From Eledone cirrhosa (taxonomy: Eukaryota), in the NCBI GenBank assembly GCA_964016885.1, contig OZ024758.1, positions 6,138,001-6,202,000 of the forward strand: a DNA stretch of 64,000 nucleotides, in the 5' to 3' direction. Below are positions 26,431-37,467 of this stretch, piece after piece. Position 1 is the stretch's first letter. Each line of letters opens with the position of its first letter. Position numbers and translations under genes: made by a program. The notes beneath the pieces are model-generated. The model worked only from the letters and a program-made list of their open reading frames with translations, searched no databases and had not been told where the DNA came from.

Positions 26431-29400
26431 AAAGATCAAAAACTAAAGCAGTAAAAGGCTGTAACAATGTTATAAGAAATAATTTGGAAGAGAAGTTCTA
26501 GAAATACTCACAGCAAAAGGATCCACTTCTTTGTTGGGATATTTACCTCGTTGTAATCTCTTAATAATATCTATGTCAGCATCACTAAGAACAATTTTCT
26601 GACCAGTCAGTTTATTACTCACAGTTCTCCTGAAAGATAAAACACAAAACAATTAATGAATAGGTACGTAGCTGATCTCTCAAACTTTAATAAACTATAA
26701 CCATGACATAAGTTATCTCTCTTCTCCTCTCAAATTAAAAAAAGGGGTTGTCTCCATTTGCCCTGTATACATATAAGTGTGGCAGACAAATAGACAGAGA
26801 AGCAGGTCTTCCTTTATAACAGGGGTCGGCAACCTTTTGGGCAGTGCGGGCTCCATAGCTATGCAGTGTCTTGTTGGCAGGCCACATTGCTATGCAGCAT
26901 CTCGTCTCTGGATTGTTTGTTACTGTCATGCAAGATATTATGTTCAGCTAAGTGAGTCTTGTGGCTAGACGTGTTCTCTAGTCAGTATTCTAATCCAAAA
27001 TAATTCAGAGCACTTGTTCAGAGATCGCTTAGCGTAAGATTGAAACCTGTTGGCGGGCTGGGGATTGCCGACCCCTACTTTATGTTTGTGACACTAAACT
27101 CTGCCAGTTGCAGACTGCGCATCAACATGAGATATTTTTCTCCACAAAGTTTGATCACCAACAGGAGAGTTTACAGAGCAAAGATCAAGTCCAGTCCATA
27201 TACTTACCAATAGTTGGGGTCATCCAATTTGTCAAGGAAATTATCAAGCTCATCTCCACGACTAGGTTTCTTAATCTTGTGACCATCAAGGTTATAACCG
27301 ATGTGTTCATAGTCATCATACCACTGCATTGGAATGTTACCCACTGTATTGCGAATATCCTAGAAGAGAGATAGTCAAAGGAAAGGAAATTAGCATGGGC
27401 TGGACATTAAAATAAAACAAAAACAGTAATAAGAACTAGATTGTGCATGTGTGTATGTCTGTGAATGGCATAACTTATTGAGCAGTAGTTTAACGACAAG
27501 TAGAAGGTAAACTGAGCCAGGAAAAATATAGTATTTTGATAGTTGAGACAGCTTAGAGCTTGGTGATCAGGGTTCAGTTATTGACCCCTCAGACAATTTT
27601 GACTTCACAAATATTAAATAAAGGTTAACATGTTAACATATATTTGTATCAGAAGGCATACAATAAGTGGAATGTCTAATCAAATAACCTGCTTTTGATC
27701 CCCAAATGTATTTATGTTGCTTGGTTTGGGCATGAACATCACAACTTCCTATATTTTGATACTCTCATAATTCTCTTAAAAAAAACATGAGTATTTTGTG
27801 AGTCCACCCTGTAAGGTGGCTATGCTGGTGACATGATGAAAAAGCACTCAGTACACCTCATTAGATGGTTGTTTTGGTGCCACAATAAAAATACCCAGTC
27901 CACAGTGGAATGTGGTTGGTGTTAGGAAGGGCATCTAGTCATAGAAACCAAGCTAAAATATACATCCGTATAAGCAAAACATGGTCACCTGATCTGAATT
28001 GTCTCATAACATGATAACCCATCTAAACCATGCAAGCATGAACAAATGGATGGTGGAGATATGAAGATGGTGTATGTGTGTGTATATATATATATATATT
28101 TATAAAATAGTAAGTTGACTAGACTAGCATGGGTTTCACTGCTAGTACCGGCTGCATCTCAGCGTACTCAATAGGTAGTGTTAAGTAAACTCCCAGAGTT
28201 AGACACATAGTTATTCACTTTAACACAACACACGTAAATGGGTACCTTCAATCTATACCCATACTATATATATATATCATCATCATTTAACATGTTTTCC
28301 CTGTTAGCAAGGGTTGGATGGGTCACGACAGACCAAGTCAGTACTCAAGCAGAGCTTTTGATAGCTCAGATAAACCTAGAGACTGTATCTAGCTCACTCA
28401 TATTCCTGCACCGTGCCAGGAGCTCGCATCTCACTTACCCCTTGGCATCTGTCCATAAAACATTGCCTGAAAAGGCTCTATCCAATGTATGTCAGCATTA
28501 AAGATGTAAAAAGAAAGGTAAAACAACAGCTTACTCACCTCTTCATCAGAAGAATCTTCTTGATATTCATCAACAACTGGAGGAGAATCTGATAATGGTT
28601 CAGCATTACTCTCATTTTCTTCCTTATCAACACTTTTTGACGTATTACTACTGGCCTGGTTCTTGGGATTTACCCCACTTTTGGCAGACTTTTTCTCTTT
28701 TTTAGTATTACTAGTCTTTTGCTGGGCTGTCTTGCCATTTGGTTTCCCTTTGGTTTTGTCACTGACTTTAGTCTTTGGTTCCTCTTTAGTATCATCATTG
28801 ACTTTAGTCTTTGGTTCCTCTTTAGTATCATCATTGACTTTAGTCTTTGGTTCCTCTTTAGTATCATCATTGACTTTAGTCTTTGGTTCCTCTTTAGTAT
28901 CATCATTGACTTTAGTCTTTGGTTCCTCTTTAGTATCATCATTGACTTTAGTCTTTGGTTCCTCTTTAGTATCATCATTGACTTTGGTCTTATCCTCCTC
29001 TTCATCATCATCCTCCTCCTCTACAATAGTGATATCCTGAAAAGCACCAATTTCCTCTTCATTTTCACTATTATCTGTGTTATTGTCACCGGAAACATTT
29101 TCTTCCCCTTCTACGGATTTTTCTTCATCAGATTCTTCCTCACTCTCAGACCCTTCTTCCTAAAAAATAAATTCATAAAAAAAATAATTATATATATATA
29201 AAAAAAAAAAAGAGGAATCCCTTTGCTTTTTATTTTGTCATTTTACTGTTTTACATTCAGTGACCCATGCAGCAAGGTGTTCTTAAAAGCTAACAGTTCA
29301 ATAAAGTGACACCCATTGCCATCCAAGCAGACTGGAAAACAGTATTTTACTTTACTTTAGCAATATATATAATATATATATGTTCCGAAGAGATTGTTTT

Positions 29401-31458
29401 GGTAAAAACAGGAGCAGTCTCAACATTCGTAGTTTGTAGTTATGATGGAGATTTAGTATAATAATATTAATAAAGATGCTGATGTTACATAAATTGCTTA
29501 TTCATTATAATTATTTCAACGGTTCTCCTATGCAATCAAGATGTAATTCATGCATTTTTTGTTGTTATGAGAATAGTATCCTCATATACAATTCCATTTT
29601 GTGATATGGCGAGCAAAAGGATGTGTTTTTCCTGCTGGCGGCATATCACAAAATCGAATTTCATTCGAGGATACCGTTCTCAAAAGACTTTTTACAAAGA
29701 ACGATGGAAGGTTTTAATTTAAATATAAGCACTATAAAATTAGGAATTTTGTTTTATAAAACCTGGAACAGTTTCAGACTTTTTGTATTGAAAGGGTTAC
29801 ATCAAAGTTTTAGACCTACAAGTTGACACCTTTTTTGGGGGGTAACTATTTGAGAAAAATATTAAACAACAAATGAAATTAATTTACCTGTGAATCATTT
29901 TCTTCTAGACCTGAATATACACTCTCTTCACTGTCGCTTGACCCATCAGACGAGTCTCCGGAACTTTCTATTTTTTTCAGGTTTTTATCCCACAAATCAT
30001 ACTAAAACAGATGAAAGACAATTTATTAGTATCCACAGACCATCTTCCCGTCCCACGTCTGGAATGCCACTTGCAGTGACACTTTCTCCAGCCGCAACCT
30101 GGTGCAGTCTGTGACTAACCCAGGTTCTGCCCAGGAGGGCAAACTCTCCAAGTACCGGTCGCTCTCCGACAGGTTTGCGGTCGTGCCCTTGGCAGTGGAG
30201 ACTTCTGGTGTCCGTGGCCCTAGGGCTACCTCCCTACCTACCACCATAGGCGCTGAGCTGGCCAGCCGCTTGTGTGAATCTCTCGAGATGGAATGGCTCT
30301 TCCAGCGCATCTGCCTTATCATCCTCTGGGGAAACGCCTTCTCCATTCTGTCCGCCGGGGCCATGGGGCAGCCAGCACTGGGACCCCATTTGCTCTCAAT
30401 ACAGAGAGATGGAGGCGATGACAGTGGGAGTTCGGCTCTTCTGTGTTCGGACACATTGCACCTGTCATGTGGATCATGTATAGCATTTACGTTCTCAATT
30501 CGTTTCAGTTATTATTATTAGATGTACCAGTAATATACTGGGTAATTGCTGGCCTTGTGCCTAAAGTTGAAACAATTATTAGAAGCCATTTAAATGTTTA
30601 TGGTTGTCTTAAACTGTTTTACAACTATTTTATCTGGTTAACACAACATGGGATAGTTTGTAGTACGAATTCCAAATACAGGGTGTCCCCCAAAAATGTA
30701 TACACACTTCAACAGCATTCTAATAAATATTGCCTGTACAAGTAATCAAAGTTTGTATACATTTTTTTGGAACACCCTGAATATCAAATTTGATATTTAT
30801 ATATCAATACATAAAAGGGTACCAAACCGGTTTCAATCAGGAATGACTAAATGACACGAAACATATCGTGTATAATGTAGGAACAAACTATCATTTTACG
30901 TCCGCTTTCCATTCTAGCATGGGTTAGACGTGTCGTGGAAAAGTCTTGCTTGTATATTCGATATTTTGGCATGATTTCTACAACCGAGTGCCATTCCTAA
31001 CGCCAAAGAATGTATTTTATTTTATCGTGACACCATCACTAGAAGAGGTTTAGTTCACGGTAAGGCTAAGGAGGATTTCTCCATTTCCCGTTCTTTAACT
31101 ACAATTTACTGTTATAGAAAAGTTACAGAAAACATCTATACGATGTTGTTTACTAACAAAATGTTACGTTGCAGACTTATTTCTGCCTATTAGTTTCACA
31201 TAGGAAGATCGTCTATAATTGAAAAGCTGTTATAATTATATAAGCGTTAAATATATATAACATATAACACAAAACACGTGTGATAATAGATAAGAATAAA
31301 TATAGTTAGACATGTTAAAATGAGATGTAATTTTAGAAGATATGACAGTGGATGAAGAGTAAAGGTATTTAGATAAAAGAAATAATACTTACATCATTAG
31401 ATATTGGTTCAATAGTCTCAACAGTTGGACGTTTTCTTTTACCACTTTTAGAGACCAT
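11499..31458 (-). CDS. BOP1: Ribosome biogenesis protein BOP1 (Erb1 orthologue, PeBoW complex; BOP1NT + WD40), 19 coding exons, 898 aa
   Basis: Exons 31458-31393, 30001-29888, 29159-28539, 27359-27208, 26629-26512, 26002-25901, 24828-24709, 24571-24299, 23214-23131, 22129-22060, 21507-21375, 20431-20307, 19499-19417, 18740-18630, 17943-17869, 16857-16755, 14533-14449, 12594-12487, 11652-11499. All are GT-AG with consistent phases, total 2697 nt. Diagnostic motifs: [94 protein letters not shown]. Confidence 0.97.
12487..12594 (-). CDS. BOP1: BOP1 exon 18
   Basis: [35 protein letters not shown]. Confidence 0.96.
   Translation of the reverse strand, partial: TSQEGNTSSLLPQHISTLCLSLGRLLSHSLPWKSI
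12761..12975. mobile_element. piggyBac-type MITE (TTAA-CCCTTTAGCATTTA termini), representative copy
   Basis: TTAA at both ends and CCC...GGG termini; other copies at 9220-9424, 11211-11387, 13571-13730, 13987-14211, 14689-14898, 15041-15268, 19692-20250. Confidence 0.8.
14449..14533 (-). CDS. BOP1: BOP1 exon 17
   Basis: [29 protein letters not shown]. Confidence 0.96.
15478..15716. mobile_element. Second piggyBac-like MITE family
   Basis: TTAACCCTTTC...GGTTTGGT(A/T)TCAAAAGGGTT; degenerate copies near 8340, 14356, 17267, 29800. Confidence 0.55.
16230..16635 (+). mobile_element. RTE-clade LINE 3' end with (GAT)n tail
   Basis: REKLGLRGI...[10 protein letters not shown]...[26 protein letters not shown] (frameshifted); related pieces at 20010-20183 and 22680-22860(-). 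Confidence 0.75.
16755..16857 (-). CDS. BOP1: BOP1 exon 16
   Basis: [34 protein letters not shown]. Confidence 0.96.
17869..17943 (-). CDS. BOP1: BOP1 exon 15
   Basis: [25 protein letters not shown]. Confidence 0.96.
18630..18740 (-). CDS. BOP1: BOP1 exon 14
   Basis: [14 protein letters not shown]...[12 protein letters not shown]. Confidence 0.96.
19417..19499 (-). CDS. BOP1: BOP1 exon 13
   Basis: [27 protein letters not shown]. Confidence 0.92.
20307..20431 (-). CDS. BOP1: BOP1 exon 12
   Basis: [24 protein letters not shown]. Confidence 0.92.
20660..21345 (-). mobile_element. Head-to-tail cluster of SINE family A copies (BOP1 intron 11)
   Basis: 3-4 consecutive same-orientation copies. 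Confidence 0.8.
21375..21507 (-). CDS. BOP1: BOP1 exon 11
   Basis: [20 protein letters not shown]...[13 protein letters not shown]. Confidence 0.96.
22060..22129 (-). CDS. BOP1: BOP1 exon 10
   Basis: [23 protein letters not shown] (first WD40). Confidence 0.96.
23131..23214 (-). CDS. BOP1: BOP1 exon 9
   Basis: [28 protein letters not shown]. Confidence 0.96.
24299..24571 (-). CDS. BOP1: BOP1 exon 8
   Basis: [22 protein letters not shown]...[18 protein letters not shown]. Confidence 0.97.
24709..24828 (-). CDS. BOP1: BOP1 exon 7
   Basis: [15 protein letters not shown]...[10 protein letters not shown]. Confidence 0.95.
25615..25752. mobile_element. hAT-type MITE with perfect 8-bp TSD
   Basis: TIR CAGGCATGTCAAAC; TSD ATGTAGAT at 25607-25614 and 25753-25760. 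Confidence 0.85.
25901..26002 (-). CDS. BOP1: BOP1 exon 6
   Basis: PWIDFFSY...[21 protein letters not shown]. Confidence 0.95.
26512..26629 (-). CDS. BOP1: BOP1 exon 5
   Basis: (W)[28 protein letters not shown]...VDPFA. Confidence 0.95.
26820..27077. mobile_element. hAT-type MITE
   Basis: Termini CAGGGGTCGGCAA / TTGCCGACCCCTA; degenerate TSD CTTTATAA / CTTTATGT. Confidence 0.7.
27208..27359 (-). CDS. BOP1: BOP1 exon 4
   Basis: [26 protein letters not shown]...[15 protein letters not shown]. Confidence 0.96.
28539..29159 (-). CDS. BOP1: BOP1 exon 3 (acidic, contains 36-bp tandem repeat)
   Basis: 621 nt open, ends [11 protein letters not shown]|gtgagt. Confidence 0.9.
28763..28978 (-). repeat. 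Coding minisatellite, 6 x 36 bp, ([12 protein letters not shown])6 in BOP1
   Basis: TGACTTTAGTCTTTGGTTCCTCTTTAGTATCATCAT, six perfect copies plus a partial seventh. Confidence 0.95.
29888..30001 (-). CDS. BOP1: BOP1 exon 2
   Basis: YDLW...[18 protein letters not shown]|gtaaat; the SDSEESV.SGLE motif is conserved in BOP1. Confidence 0.88.
30050..30370 (+). mobile_element. Remnant of an RLE-type (CRE-like) non-LTR retrotransposon endonuclease C-terminus
   Basis: [10 protein letters not shown]...EGKLSKY...[16 protein letters not shown]...IG...[19 protein letters not shown]. Confidence 0.7.
30677..30780. mobile_element. Short Tc1/mariner MITE
   Basis: TACAGGGTGTCCCCAAAAATGTATAC...GTATACATTTTTTTGGAACACCCTG; related copy at 54014-54090. 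Confidence 0.7.
31393..31458 (-). CDS. BOP1: BOP1 exon 1
   Basis: [25 protein letters not shown]|gtaagt; basic NLS-like start. Confidence 0.85.
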
Positions 31459-31984
31459 GTTGGCAAACTACCATGTGTTAGTCAGCACTGACTAATCTAT
31501 AGAGAAATGTCAATTAATATTAAATATTAGTGAAAAAGAAATATTTAAAAGCTCATTAAATTAATTTATAATACAATTAAAATATAATAGGTAATAAATG
31601 TTTATAAATAAATACGTTAATTTACCAGGTAAAATCGTTTAAGCTGTTATTACGTATGATCGATTAGTTAAGACAGTTGTTACAAAACATTCTCTAATTC
31701 TAGAGATAGACACTAAAGGGAAATAACTCAAAAGTAGTGTCTCCGGCGCTACTTTCGAAACATGTTACTACAAGTTATTAACCGAATTCCTCGACGTATT
31801 TTTCTTAAATATTTTCCGTTATATGAATTGATACTGGAATAACTGGGTACTTGATGATAAAAAGAATGGATTATTCTTAACAAATTGATTTTAGTAGGTG
31901 ACTCAGCTAAGAAATGTTTGATTTCTAGATCGATATATATATATAATATAAACAGAATAAGGTTGTCACTATTTATTAAGAAAG
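31459..31984. promoter_or_regulatory. Putative bidirectional promoter and 5'UTRs between BOP1 and PIBF1
   Basis: Divergent ATGs 526 bp apart; repeat-free; small CpG-richer patch at about 31740-31800. Confidence 0.7.
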
Positions 31985-32344
31985 ATGATGGATACGGAAT
32001 TTTCTCAAATATTCCGAGATCAGGAATCTGATGACATTAGTCTTGAGACATCTGTTCCAACGGATACATTTTCTCCGGAAAGGGAACGTCTGACTAAGCG
32101 TAGTTCTCGAAGAACTAAAGATGCCCCATCAAACCCCACTGCGAAATCTATTCTTGAGAAAAAACAGCTACTTCATGATCTCCAGCTACATAAAATAGAA
32201 TCATCGCAGAAAGATATTGCCATTGATAACCTCAAGATACAACATCTGCAACGAACAGAAGAATTAGAAGAAAAATTAAACGAAGCTCTTTACCAAAAAC
32301 AAATTCTCCAGACTCGTCTGGAATCCGAACTCCGAATACAACAG
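31985..32344 (+). CDS. PIBF1: PIBF1 coding exon 1
   Basis: MMDTEFSQ...SELRIQQ|gttaat, 120 codons. Confidence 0.9.
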
Positions 32345-35300
32345 GTTAATATACGCCCTGATTATTATTAGTCTTGTTTTAACTGTGAACAAACTTCAAT
32401 ATGTTAGCAAATTGAAATATGTCATGTTTATAGTTTTCCTAAGAGTATTGGGTGTCTTTTACTTCGACAATATATTGGATCTCCATTACGGTATAAGGCG
32501 GTTCCCAGCGATTAATTTTGCTATCGTCTATTGTAATTCCATTCACATTTAGGGTGTATCTCCTTACCATCCTTTGGGGAAACACCATCTCCATGGCGTT
32601 TGACCTTCTACTGCCAATCCACCGCCATTTCCCTTTATATAATGAAAGTAATGTGTGTAGTGAAAGATTTTTTTAAAAATCATATTCTCACAATGTCGTT
32701 TCAGACAGTGGCCAGAGTCGTTAGAATGTTGGAAAGAATGCTTCATGGTATTCGTTCTGGTTTTCTGCGATCTGAGTTCGAATCCACCCCCCACCTCCCA
32801 GATCCACTTAACCTTTCATCCTTTCGAGGTCGATAAATAAAGTACCAGTCCCGTACTACTGGTTTCATTATCTCTCTCTCTCTTTCTCTCCATGCAGCCC
32901 ACTGTTCGAAATATGTTGGTCACACTTGATTTATCTGATGCTTTTCAAAGGCCATCAGAGAATTATAATTTGTAAAAGTCTATAGTTGCCTCCCTTCGAT
33001 TCTAAATTTAGAGTTAAGGACCAAGACACCTGCATGGGTGGCAGGCCTTCTTCTCTAAAGGTCTGCTATTCGGCTCTCTCAAAACTTTCTTACTACTACT
33101 ACTACTACTACTGTCAGAGATTATAGTTGTTTCCCTTGGATTCAAAATGTAGGTAATCTTAGTGCAAGTTTAGATGCGTTTTTTTTTTTATCACCAACAT
33201 GTTGTGTCACAGTTGCTAAGTGAGATGATATGTTGCATGTAAACGTTCAAGTATGTAACCGTTCAAGTATGTAACCGTTCAAGTATGTAACCGTACTTCA
33301 ACATGGCTGGGAAATATAATAGTCTGTCAACGCAAATGGGGAATAATGTGTATTCTCTGGCTCAGAGTCTTTGATTCCTTCGTCATTATGAAATCATAAG
33401 GAATGGTGGCCTAGGGTGTGGGACTTACGATCTAAGGGCGTGGGATTTACGATCAAAATGTCGTGGGTTCGATTCCTGGACTGGTTTGTGTGTCGTATTT
33501 TTGAGCAGAACACTTCAATTTACTTTGGAAATGAATACCATCAAGAGCTGAGTGTTTAACCCTGCAATGTCCAGTGGGGAGTCGTGTACTCACTAAGGAA
33601 ACGGGAATAAGCACCAGCCTGATGAGCTTGTGGGCTCGAGACAGACTTTAGACTTATTTAGTTTATGGTTTAGGACCCCCTCTCCCATAACTTCTTAATA
33701 ATTAATATGTGGTGGATTGGCAGTATCGGTAGAGAGTCGGACACCATGCTTTGAAGCATAGAGTTACGTCCCTTTATTATCTGAGTTCAAATCCCGCCGA
33801 GGTTAACTTTGCCTTTCATCCTTACGGGGTCGATAAAATAAAGTACCAGTAATGTACTGGGTATTTGCTGGCCTTGTGCCTAAAATAGAAACAATTATTT
33901 TCTAAAGATCTCCAGAAATATGTTTTTGTTGATGTAGCTTACGATTATGTTGATGAAATTATGAAATAAAAAAAAAAGTTGTTTTCTTTCCTCGTACAAA
34001 TTTGGCTTCGTACATTGTTTATCATCATCATCATCATAAATCTTCCACACTAGCATGGGTTAGACGGTTTTGTTCCATTTAATGCCGAATTGGTCAGGAA
34101 ACCGTGTCTCGCTTGTACAAAACTGTCTCTGGCAGGTTTTCTACGGCTGGATGCCCTTCCTAACCCCAACCATATTTACAGTGTGGACTGGGAGCCTTTT
34201 TACCTTGTCTCCTACATGACCACTTTACAGTGTGGACTGGGTGCTTTATGTTGTGTCTCTGACTCAGTGGACAGAAATGGGAGGATGGGGTGAGGTGTGT
34301 GGGGTAGAGTGTATATTGGCTTAAGAGATGCCTACTGACTGTTTATATATATATATACATTATATTTTAATACTTTTAGGAAGAATCCAAGCATTATCAG
34401 GACTCAATGAGAAAAGAGCTAGAAAATGTCATCAAGAAGCAACATCAGCTGGAATCATCGAATACCATATTGCGAGAGAAAGCATGTGATGTTAAAAATA
34501 GTCTACTGAACTTGAACCTCACTGAAGAAGAGTACTATGAAGTGCGGAGTAAAAAAGAAGAAGACTTGTCACTACGAGAATATGTCTGCATTAGACTTTA
34601 TGAAAAACTTTTTCCTCTCGAAAATGAAGTGAAAACACTGAAGATGGATGCTGCCAGCTCTGAGAAAGAGATGAGAAATTTGACTGATAAATTGTCGGAC
34701 TTGCAAAAACGATTGGAGGAAGAACGCTTCGCTCATGGAGAACTAAGGATAAAATACCAGAAAGTGAGTCTGCAATTGTCTGAGGATCAGACCAAAGTTG
34801 AAAGTGATATTTTTAAGATAACCAACTTTGATCATATAAGGAGTGATCGTGATAATCTTCAGCATGACCAAAATGAATTACAGCGCCATAATCTTGTGTT
34901 GGAGACATCACTTACTAATGTACAAAAGGAGCGTGATGATGTAAACAGACAGCTAGGCTGTTGTAAACAAGAGATTTCTTTGCTTCAGCAAGACAAAACA
35001 TATCTGTCTCGTCAGGTTAGTACATTTTATATAATTTAAATATGATTACATCAGGTGAGTGAAGGTGTGTGGCTGAGTGGTTAGAGAATTGGATTCACAA
35101 TTGTGAGGTTGTGAATTCGATTTCCTGGACCGGGCGATGTGTTATGTCCTTGAGCAAGACACTTTATTTCATGTTGTTCCTTCTACGTGGAGTTGCGACT
35201 GATAGTATTAGCAATTGGAGCCCGATTTGACGAAAGTCGATTGACTGTCTATGTTAGGTCAGGCTTCTGCCAGTTACTGGCACCATATAACTCAGTACAA

Positions 35301-37467
35301 CCTGCTTCATGGTCAAGTGGCCAGTGTTTAAACTGGCTCCATCACCAGATCAGGGTCTGCTGAAAAGGGTAAGTGGAATCTCAGCAGCACAAAAAGCAAA
35401 ACAATAACTGTTAAAAGGGGCAGATGAACTCCTCAGAGTCAATGTCCACCCACCCCAACTATGGGTTAAATAACCTCACCAACCCATAATTGACCAAGTT
35501 GGGTGAGTACGGCTAAACCCATGAAGACAAAACCAAAACTGAAAATGGGGGAGGTCAACCAGATGGATGTTAAACGCTGATGATGATGACTCGAATATAA
35601 GCTGTCCTCACTATTTTATGTTTGAGAAATGGGCAAAAATCAAAACCTTATTTATGTAGAGTTTGAAGTTGGTGATAATCATCAAAATATTGACCCCGAA
35701 TATAAGCCAACCCCCTTCTACCATCAATTTTTCGGTTTATATTCACATATGTCTAACACCTATGGGAATGCCTCCAAAGTCAGTAAACAGCACAGCTCCC
35801 ATAACTTTCGGAAACATTTTCTTATGCTCAGAGTTACTGAAGCATGGAACAAACTACCTGCATCAGTTGTTAGCTGTCAAGACACTGCATCCTTTAAAAC
35901 ATCCATGGAACAAACTACCTGCATCAGTTGTTAGCTGTCGAGACACTGCATCCTTTAAAACATCCATGGAACAAACTACCTGCATCAGTTGTTAACTGTC
36001 GAGACACTGCATCCTTCAAAACTTCCATGCTTCCCGAAATTTGCCAACACTACACCTGATATACATCTCCATACTCACACACGCATGCATCTGTGTGTAT
36101 ATCATGACTCATACACTGTTCACTTTCCTGACATTTGTACATTATACATTATTCTATGTACTATACATGCACCTTTGATGAGTTGTAGTGCACCTAAGCA
36201 CTGTACACAATAATTTTCATTATGTATTATATTATGTATGGTAATTTTTACTAGTCTTGTGTGTTTATTTATTTCTTCTTTTATTTTCTTTAAGGTGAAT
36301 GAGCTGACTAATCGGTGTACACTGATGGGAGAGAAAGTACAGGAGTGTAACCTACAGCTGGAAGATGCTAAAAGAGCTCGAGAGGAGATGTATGAGAAAT
36401 ATGTGTTTTCACGTGATCATTACAAGTCTGATTACGAGACTCGCCTTAAAGACGAATTAGCAAAAATTCAATCCAAAACAAATATGGAAATTGAGAATCT
36501 TCGCACATCAACTAAAGAAATGTATGAACGAGAGAACCGTAACTTGCGCGAAGCCCGTGACTTTGCCTTGATAGAGAAAGACAAATTTGAACTAAAATCT
36601 CAGGAAATTCAAGATAAATATGATCAGCTGATGAATGAATTCCGAGCATTACAGACTTCTGGTGATGGAAGGCTGTTAGATTTACAGAGTGAAGTTAAAC
36701 TGAAAAGTTTTGAAGCAGAACGCGGTAGTCTTGTCTTTGAGGAAACTTGTAAAAATTTGAAACAGTGTCAGTTAGACTTGGAGAAAATAGAAGCAAAGTA
36801 TGATGTGTTGTTAAAAGAATATTATGCTTTGGAGAACACAAAAGAAAAAGCTATTACTGCATTAAATTCAGAAATAGCATCTAAGAATATTCGTTTAGAT
36901 TCTTATGAGAAGCTTGAAAAAGAATTAGATGAAGTTGTTCTACAAGCTGCTGAGTTGACCGATCATGAAAATGCTGAGAAAGTTCTCTTTGCCTATGGTT
37001 ATGGTGCCAATGTACCTACAAATGCCAAGAGGAGATTGAAACAGAGTGTAGACTTGGCTAGAAGAGTTTTAAATCTTGAACGGATCAACACTTCTCTTCA
37101 ACATGATCTCGAAGCTGAGAAGAAAAATGCTCAGCAATTATCTGCAGAGTTAAAGACATGTAACGATCTGATTCATGCTTCACAGCAGCCACAAAGCTAC
37201 CTCGTTGAGACCCTTAAAAATCGAGACAGTGCATTAAAAACGCAGAGAAAAGAGCTTGACAATGTGTTAAAACAAAATGAGATTCTGAAAACTGAACAAG
37301 ACCGACTTTTAGCCACACAAAAACAACTGTCACAAGACTTAGACCGTTTGCTCCATCATCAGGCAGAAATTTCTCTCATGAAACAAGTTCTAATGAAAAT
37401 GTCTTCTGCTAAGTCCGGGGAACTTGATAACCTGGCAGAAAATGGTATTTCTTTTACTCAGGCTTGA
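31985..37467 (+). CDS. PIBF1: PIBF1/CEP90-like centriolar-satellite coiled-coil protein, 3 coding exons, 722 aa
   Basis: Exons 31985-32344, 34380-35015 and 36295-37467, with phase-0 GT-AG introns. Motifs: DISLETSVPTD, EKKQLLHDLQLHKIESSQKD, KRAREEMYEKYV.SRDHYK, KEMYERENRNLREARD, YGYGANVPTNAKRRLKQSV.LARRVL.LE, QQPQSYLVE. Confidence 0.93.
33709..33898 (+). mobile_element. SINE family A
   Basis: Full copy. Confidence 0.85.
34380..35015 (+). CDS. PIBF1: PIBF1 coding exon 2
   Basis: ttttag|GAAGAA...CGTCAG|gttagt, 212 codons. Confidence 0.92.
35770..36215 (+). mobile_element. CR1/L2-like LINE 3' remnant with an internal 3 x 61-bp tandem duplication
   Basis: RKHFLMLRVTEAWNKLPASVVS...SFK motif; units start at 35843, 35904, 35965. 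Confidence 0.7.
36295..37467 (+). CDS. PIBF1: PIBF1 coding exon 3
   Basis: ttctttaag|GTGAAT...TGA; AATAAA at 37797. Confidence 0.92.
   Translation: MNELTNRCTLMGEKVQECNLQLEDAKRAREEMYEKYVFSRDHYKSDYETRLKDELAKIQSKTNMEIENLRTSTKEMYERENRNLREARDFALIEKDKFELKSQEIQDKYDQLMNEFRALQTSGDGRLLDLQSEVKLKSFEAERGSLVFEETCKNLKQCQLDLEKIEAKYDVLLKEYYALENTKEKAITALNSEIASKNIRLDSYEKLEKELDEVVLQAAELTDHENAEKVLFAYGYGANVPTNAKRRLKQSVDLARRVLNLERINTSLQHDLEAEKKNAQQLSAELKTCNDLIHASQQPQSYLVETLKNRDSALKTQRKELDNVLKQNEILKTEQDRLLATQKQLSQDLDRLLHHQAEISLMKQVLMKMSSAKSGELDNLAENGISFTQA

Noticed and set aside
28663-29201. Hydrophobic repeat ORFs on + and the [15 protein letters not shown] on -
   Set aside because: Antisense or alternative frames of the BOP1 exon 3 repeat; only the [12 protein letters not shown] frame joins the flanking exons.
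33618-33646. CTGATGAGCTTGTGGGCTCGAGAC as a hammerhead ribozyme
   Set aside because: It has GAGAC rather than GAAAC, and the stem would sequester core nucleotides; it is part of the SINE B 3' region.
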